Source: Gemmatimonadota bacterium (GTDB taxonomy: Bacteria > Gemmatimonadota > Gemmatimonadetes > Gemmatimonadales > GWC2-71-9). Taken from it: 64,000 nucleotides of DNA. The stretch spans positions 32,001 to 96,000 of the forward strand of contig JAZDCZ010000409.1 of assembly GCA_036679605.1 (NCBI GenBank). The letters run 5' to 3'. The translations under genes were made by a program, and so were the position numbers. Below the pieces are notes generated by a model. The model made no database searches. It was not told the origin of the DNA and was given only the letters and a program-made list of their open reading frames with translations. This document shows, piece after piece, positions 61,049 through 64,000 of the stretch; position 1 is the stretch's first letter; every line of letters begins with the position of its first letter.

Positions 61049-61722
61049 TGAGCGAAGCTCCTCTGGTTTTCGAGAACGTTGGGGTTGCCGGACTGAACGG
61101 CACCGGGATATCTCTCGAGGTGCCCGCAGCCTCGGCGACGGCGGTTGTCGGAGACGACGTGAGCGGAGTCGAATTGCTGGGACAATATGCTCTTGGCCTT
61201 GACCAACCACCCAGCGGCCGCGCGATGGTCTTCGGTGAAGATATTTGCCAGATGAACCGCCACCAAGCTCTCGCCTTCCGTCGATCCGTGGGCTACCTTC
61301 CCGCCGGCGACGGGCTGTTGCAAAACCTTTGCCTACTGGACAACATCGCTCTCCCGCTCCGCTACGGCAGCGACATGAAAGAGCGAGAGATGGACAGCAG
61401 AATAGAAATCATGCTTGCGATGGTGTCACTGAAAGACGCGGCTGGCCTCAGACCGGCCCAGGCTACGGAAGAACAGTGCCGGCGCGCTGCTCTTGCTCGA
61501 GCCCTGGCGTTCGATCCAAAACTGGTGATTCTAGAACAGCCTTTTGGCGGTCTTGCCTCGGAGGCGAGTAGAGATCTGTTGGAAATCGCACGTGGCGGTG
61601 AGACCAGCGGGGGCTGCAGACGGTGCGTATTCATTACCGCACCGTTTATGCCGGAGCGCTTGAAGCCGCGCATAGAGCACCACTATCGAATTGCCAAAGG
61701 TCAATTGGAACCCTACACTTGA
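61048..61722 (+). CDS. MlaF-like ABC nucleotide-binding-fold protein with degenerate motifs
   Basis: DNIALPLR and RAALARALAFDP are retained; Walker A, Q-loop, signature, Walker B and H-loop are all substituted. Confidence 0.85.
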   Translation: MSEAPLVFENVGVAGLNGTGISLEVPAASATAVVGDDVSGVELLGQYALGLDQPPSGRAMVFGEDICQMNRHQALAFRRSVGYLPAGDGLLQNLCLLDNIALPLRYGSDMKEREMDSRIEIMLAMVSLKDAAGLRPAQATEEQCRRAALARALAFDPKLVILEQPFGGLASEASRDLLEIARGGETSGGCRRCVFITAPFMPERLKPRIEHHYRIAKGQLEPYT

Positions 61723-61735
61723 GGAGCGGGGAGCT

Positions 61736-62641
61736 GTGAAACCCAGACTAGCCGATTTTCTGGTCGGCATCTTCGTCCTAGTGAGTGTGGGCGTCACGAT
61801 AGGTGCCCTGCTTCTCACCAGCGATTTCGGTGAGACACGCTACGATCTCTTCCTGCGTTCTGAGACTGCTCAGGGCTTGAGCGAGGATATGAAGGTGATC
61901 CTCAGGGGCCTTACCGTTGGGAGGATCACTGAAGTGAACCCGGTGATCGATCCTGCCAGTGGTGACTTGAGTTTTGTGTCGCGGCTGTCTATCCAAGCAA
62001 ATTTTGCCGACGGAACTTCTCTCACACTTCCAACCACCACTAGCGCGGTTATCGCACAGCCGTCACCTATTGGGGGATCTGTTATTGAGCTTGTCATTCC
62101 ACCAGGTGCAACGCGAGATAATGCCTTAGTCGCAGGAGATACTCTCACGGCGGAGCGCAGGGGAGGCGCCGTGGACGCACTAACGGAAATGGCAACGCAG
62201 TTGAGTGTGGAGGTTCCAAGACTGTTGCGCGAAGCGCAAGAGCTAATAGATGCGGCCGAGAACACGATCCAAGATGCAGGCTCTCTTATATCGACAACGA
62301 GACCAGAAATAAGGGCAACGCTGCGACAGGTGTCTAGCACCTTGGCCAGCTTCGAGCTGCTCGCACAGGATCAAAATGCTCGGCTCGGGACCCTTCACGA
62401 CTCACTATCTCTTGTGTTGGCCGATGCCCGCGGGATGATCCAGCGGTTTGACAGCCTGGCAGCTTCGGCGGAGCTAATGAGTGAAGAGAACCGCGGGCTC
62501 ATCCACTCCACGATGCAGAGCATCTCTCGGTCGACCGACGTTCTATCGAATTTTGCCGAGCAATTGAGCCGCCGCCCACTCCGCCTTCTCACCGGGGTCA
62601 AACCTCCGCCCGATCCAAGTGACACTACGGAGCAGCACTGA
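61736..62641 (+). CDS. MlaD/MCE-domain protein with helical extension
   Basis: N-terminal TM, AQGL..DMKV.LRGLTVGRI, SPIGGSVIEL, long helical tail. Confidence 0.88.
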   Translation: MKPRLADFLVGIFVLVSVGVTIGALLLTSDFGETRYDLFLRSETAQGLSEDMKVILRGLTVGRITEVNPVIDPASGDLSFVSRLSIQANFADGTSLTLPTTTSAVIAQPSPIGGSVIELVIPPGATRDNALVAGDTLTAERRGGAVDALTEMATQLSVEVPRLLREAQELIDAAENTIQDAGSLISTTRPEIRATLRQVSSTLASFELLAQDQNARLGTLHDSLSLVLADARGMIQRFDSLAASAELMSEENRGLIHSTMQSISRSTDVLSNFAEQLSRRPLRLLTGVKPPPDPSDTTEQH

Positions 62642-64000
62642 TGGACCTTACGCTGCTACACACGGCAGACTTCCCAATCAACTCTATCGCCGAAGCTCTG
62701 GACACCGACGGTGTCATCCGTGTTCTCATACGGTCAACGAGCCAATTGGCAGTCGGCGATAACCCGACCTTGTTTATTCTAGACCCAGGCAGCCGAAAAC
62801 AGTTCACGAGCAGCATGCGCTCGTTCGTCAGTGCCGGAGGCGGGATCGTCGCGATTGGCGAGGACGGGGAGCGTGACGTTCCATCGGAACTGGACCAGGA
62901 ACTCCTGACGACTTTTGTTCAGCAGCCATGCGGCAAGCGACAACTCCTCCTCGCACTCAGGATGGCATACAAGCATGTGGCCGCGCGCGCTGAGACTGTA
63001 CGAGCCAAGAAAGAGGCGGCGAGCCGGACGCAGGAGATCCACGAGCTAACTCGCATAGGCATGGCCCTGGCGACGGAGCGCGATTACAACTCGCTGCTGG
63101 ATCTCATACTGACTCAGGCCCGTCGATTGACGTCCTCTGACGCGGCCAGCTTGTATCTGGTCGAACAGCAGGACGGCGAGCCTGATCAACTCCGGTTCAA
63201 GTTGTCGCAGACCTATTCGCGTCCCGACATTCCTCTAGTAGAATTCACGATTCCGATTAATAAGTCCAGCATAGCGGGATACGTCGCCACTACTGCCGAA
63301 CCACTCGTCATCGACGATGCTTACTTCCTGCCACCAGACTCCGAGTACACGATCAACCGCACCATCGATCGCAAATACAGTTATCGGACGAAATCGATCC
63401 TTACGATTCCAATGACCGACCACCAAGGTGATGTCATCGGAGTTCTTCAACTCATCAACCGCAAGCGTGATTACAAGGCTCAGCTAGAAACCGAGTCAGA
63501 CTTCGATACCCAGGTCATCCCATACACACGTCGTCTCGTAGAGTTGGTATCCGCTCTGGCTGGACAGGCCGCAGTATCGATTGAAAACAGCCAACTCTAT
63601 GAAGACATAGAGCGCCTCTTTGAAGGTTTTGTGCGAGCCTCGGTAACGGCCATCGAGCAGCGAGACCCCACTACATTCGGTCATTCCGGGAGAGTCGCGG
63701 GGATGACCCTTGGACTTGCGCAGGTAGTCGACCGCGCAACCGACGGCCCCTACCGCAACACCAAGTTCTCACGTGAGGAGATTCGGGAACTCAGATACGC
63801 AGGATTGCTGCACGACTTTGGAAAAGTTGGCGTGAGAGAGCAGGTTCTGGTAAAGGCCAAGAAACTCTATCCGCCAGACCTCTCTCAGCTAAAGCAGCGC
63901 TACGCCTTTATTCGTCGTACCTCCGATAAGGAATTCTACCGGAAGAGAATGGAATTCCTGGAGGAGTCGGGCCGAGACGGCTACGACGGATTTGTACGAG
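62641..64000 (+). CDS. GAF + HD-GYP-type phosphohydrolase, runs off the window edge
   Basis: Not in the ORF track. ATG overlaps the MlaD stop. GAF: SIAGYVA, YRTKSILTIPM, IGVLQLINRK. HD region: AIEQRDPTTFGHSGRV, AGLLHDFGKVGV. Confidence 0.9.
   Translation, partial: MDLTLLHTADFPINSIAEALDTDGVIRVLIRSTSQLAVGDNPTLFILDPGSRKQFTSSMRSFVSAGGGIVAIGEDGERDVPSELDQELLTTFVQQPCGKRQLLLALRMAYKHVAARAETVRAKKEAASRTQEIHELTRIGMALATERDYNSLLDLILTQARRLTSSDAASLYLVEQQDGEPDQLRFKLSQTYSRPDIPLVEFTIPINKSSIAGYVATTAEPLVIDDAYFLPPDSEYTINRTIDRKYSYRTKSILTIPMTDHQGDVIGVLQLINRKRDYKAQLETESDFDTQVIPYTRRLVELVSALAGQAAVSIENSQLYEDIERLFEGFVRASVTAIEQRDPTTFGHSGRVAGMTLGLAQVVDRATDGPYRNTKFSREEIRELRYAGLLHDFGKVGVREQVLVKAKKLYPPDLSQLKQRYAFIRRTSDKEFYRKRMEFLEESGRDGYDGFVR

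Noticed and set aside
1..64000. CRISPR array, rRNA, prophage or transposon
   Set aside because: No repeat-spacer runs, rRNA-like sequence or mobile-element genes were found on reading.

Overview
GC-rich bacterial chromosomal segment. Gene order and protein styles suggest Gemmatimonadota (inference from the 'LRAALADRY' Ser/Thr kinase-TPR protein and the beta-propeller lipoproteins). 1-15.4 kb is accessory: a cyclase/kynureninase-like pair, an octahaem Hao-family cytochrome with a duplicated His-bearing membrane partner, a kinase split by a 14-bp tandem duplication, an AAA-wHTH gene with an AT-rich promoter, a decayed nucleotidyltransferase pair and two tRNA-Ser genes. 15.4-57.8 kb is mostly core: an rsmI-DUF4159-DUF4175-TPR-DinG-aminotransferase operon, trxA, pdxJ, ispE-tRNA-Gln-prs-rplY-pth, membrane PPase, rpsF-rpsR-rplI, smc, aroF, lolA, tmk, prmC, a disrupted prfA and rpmE. 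57.9-64 kb is a Crp / MBL hydrolase / CsgG-like / MlaE / MlaF-like / MlaD / GAF-HD-GYP cluster in which the ABC subunit has lost every ATPase motif. This is the best candidate for an undescribed system. No CRISPR array, rRNA, integrase or transposase was seen. All calls come from reading motifs by eye, with no database searches.
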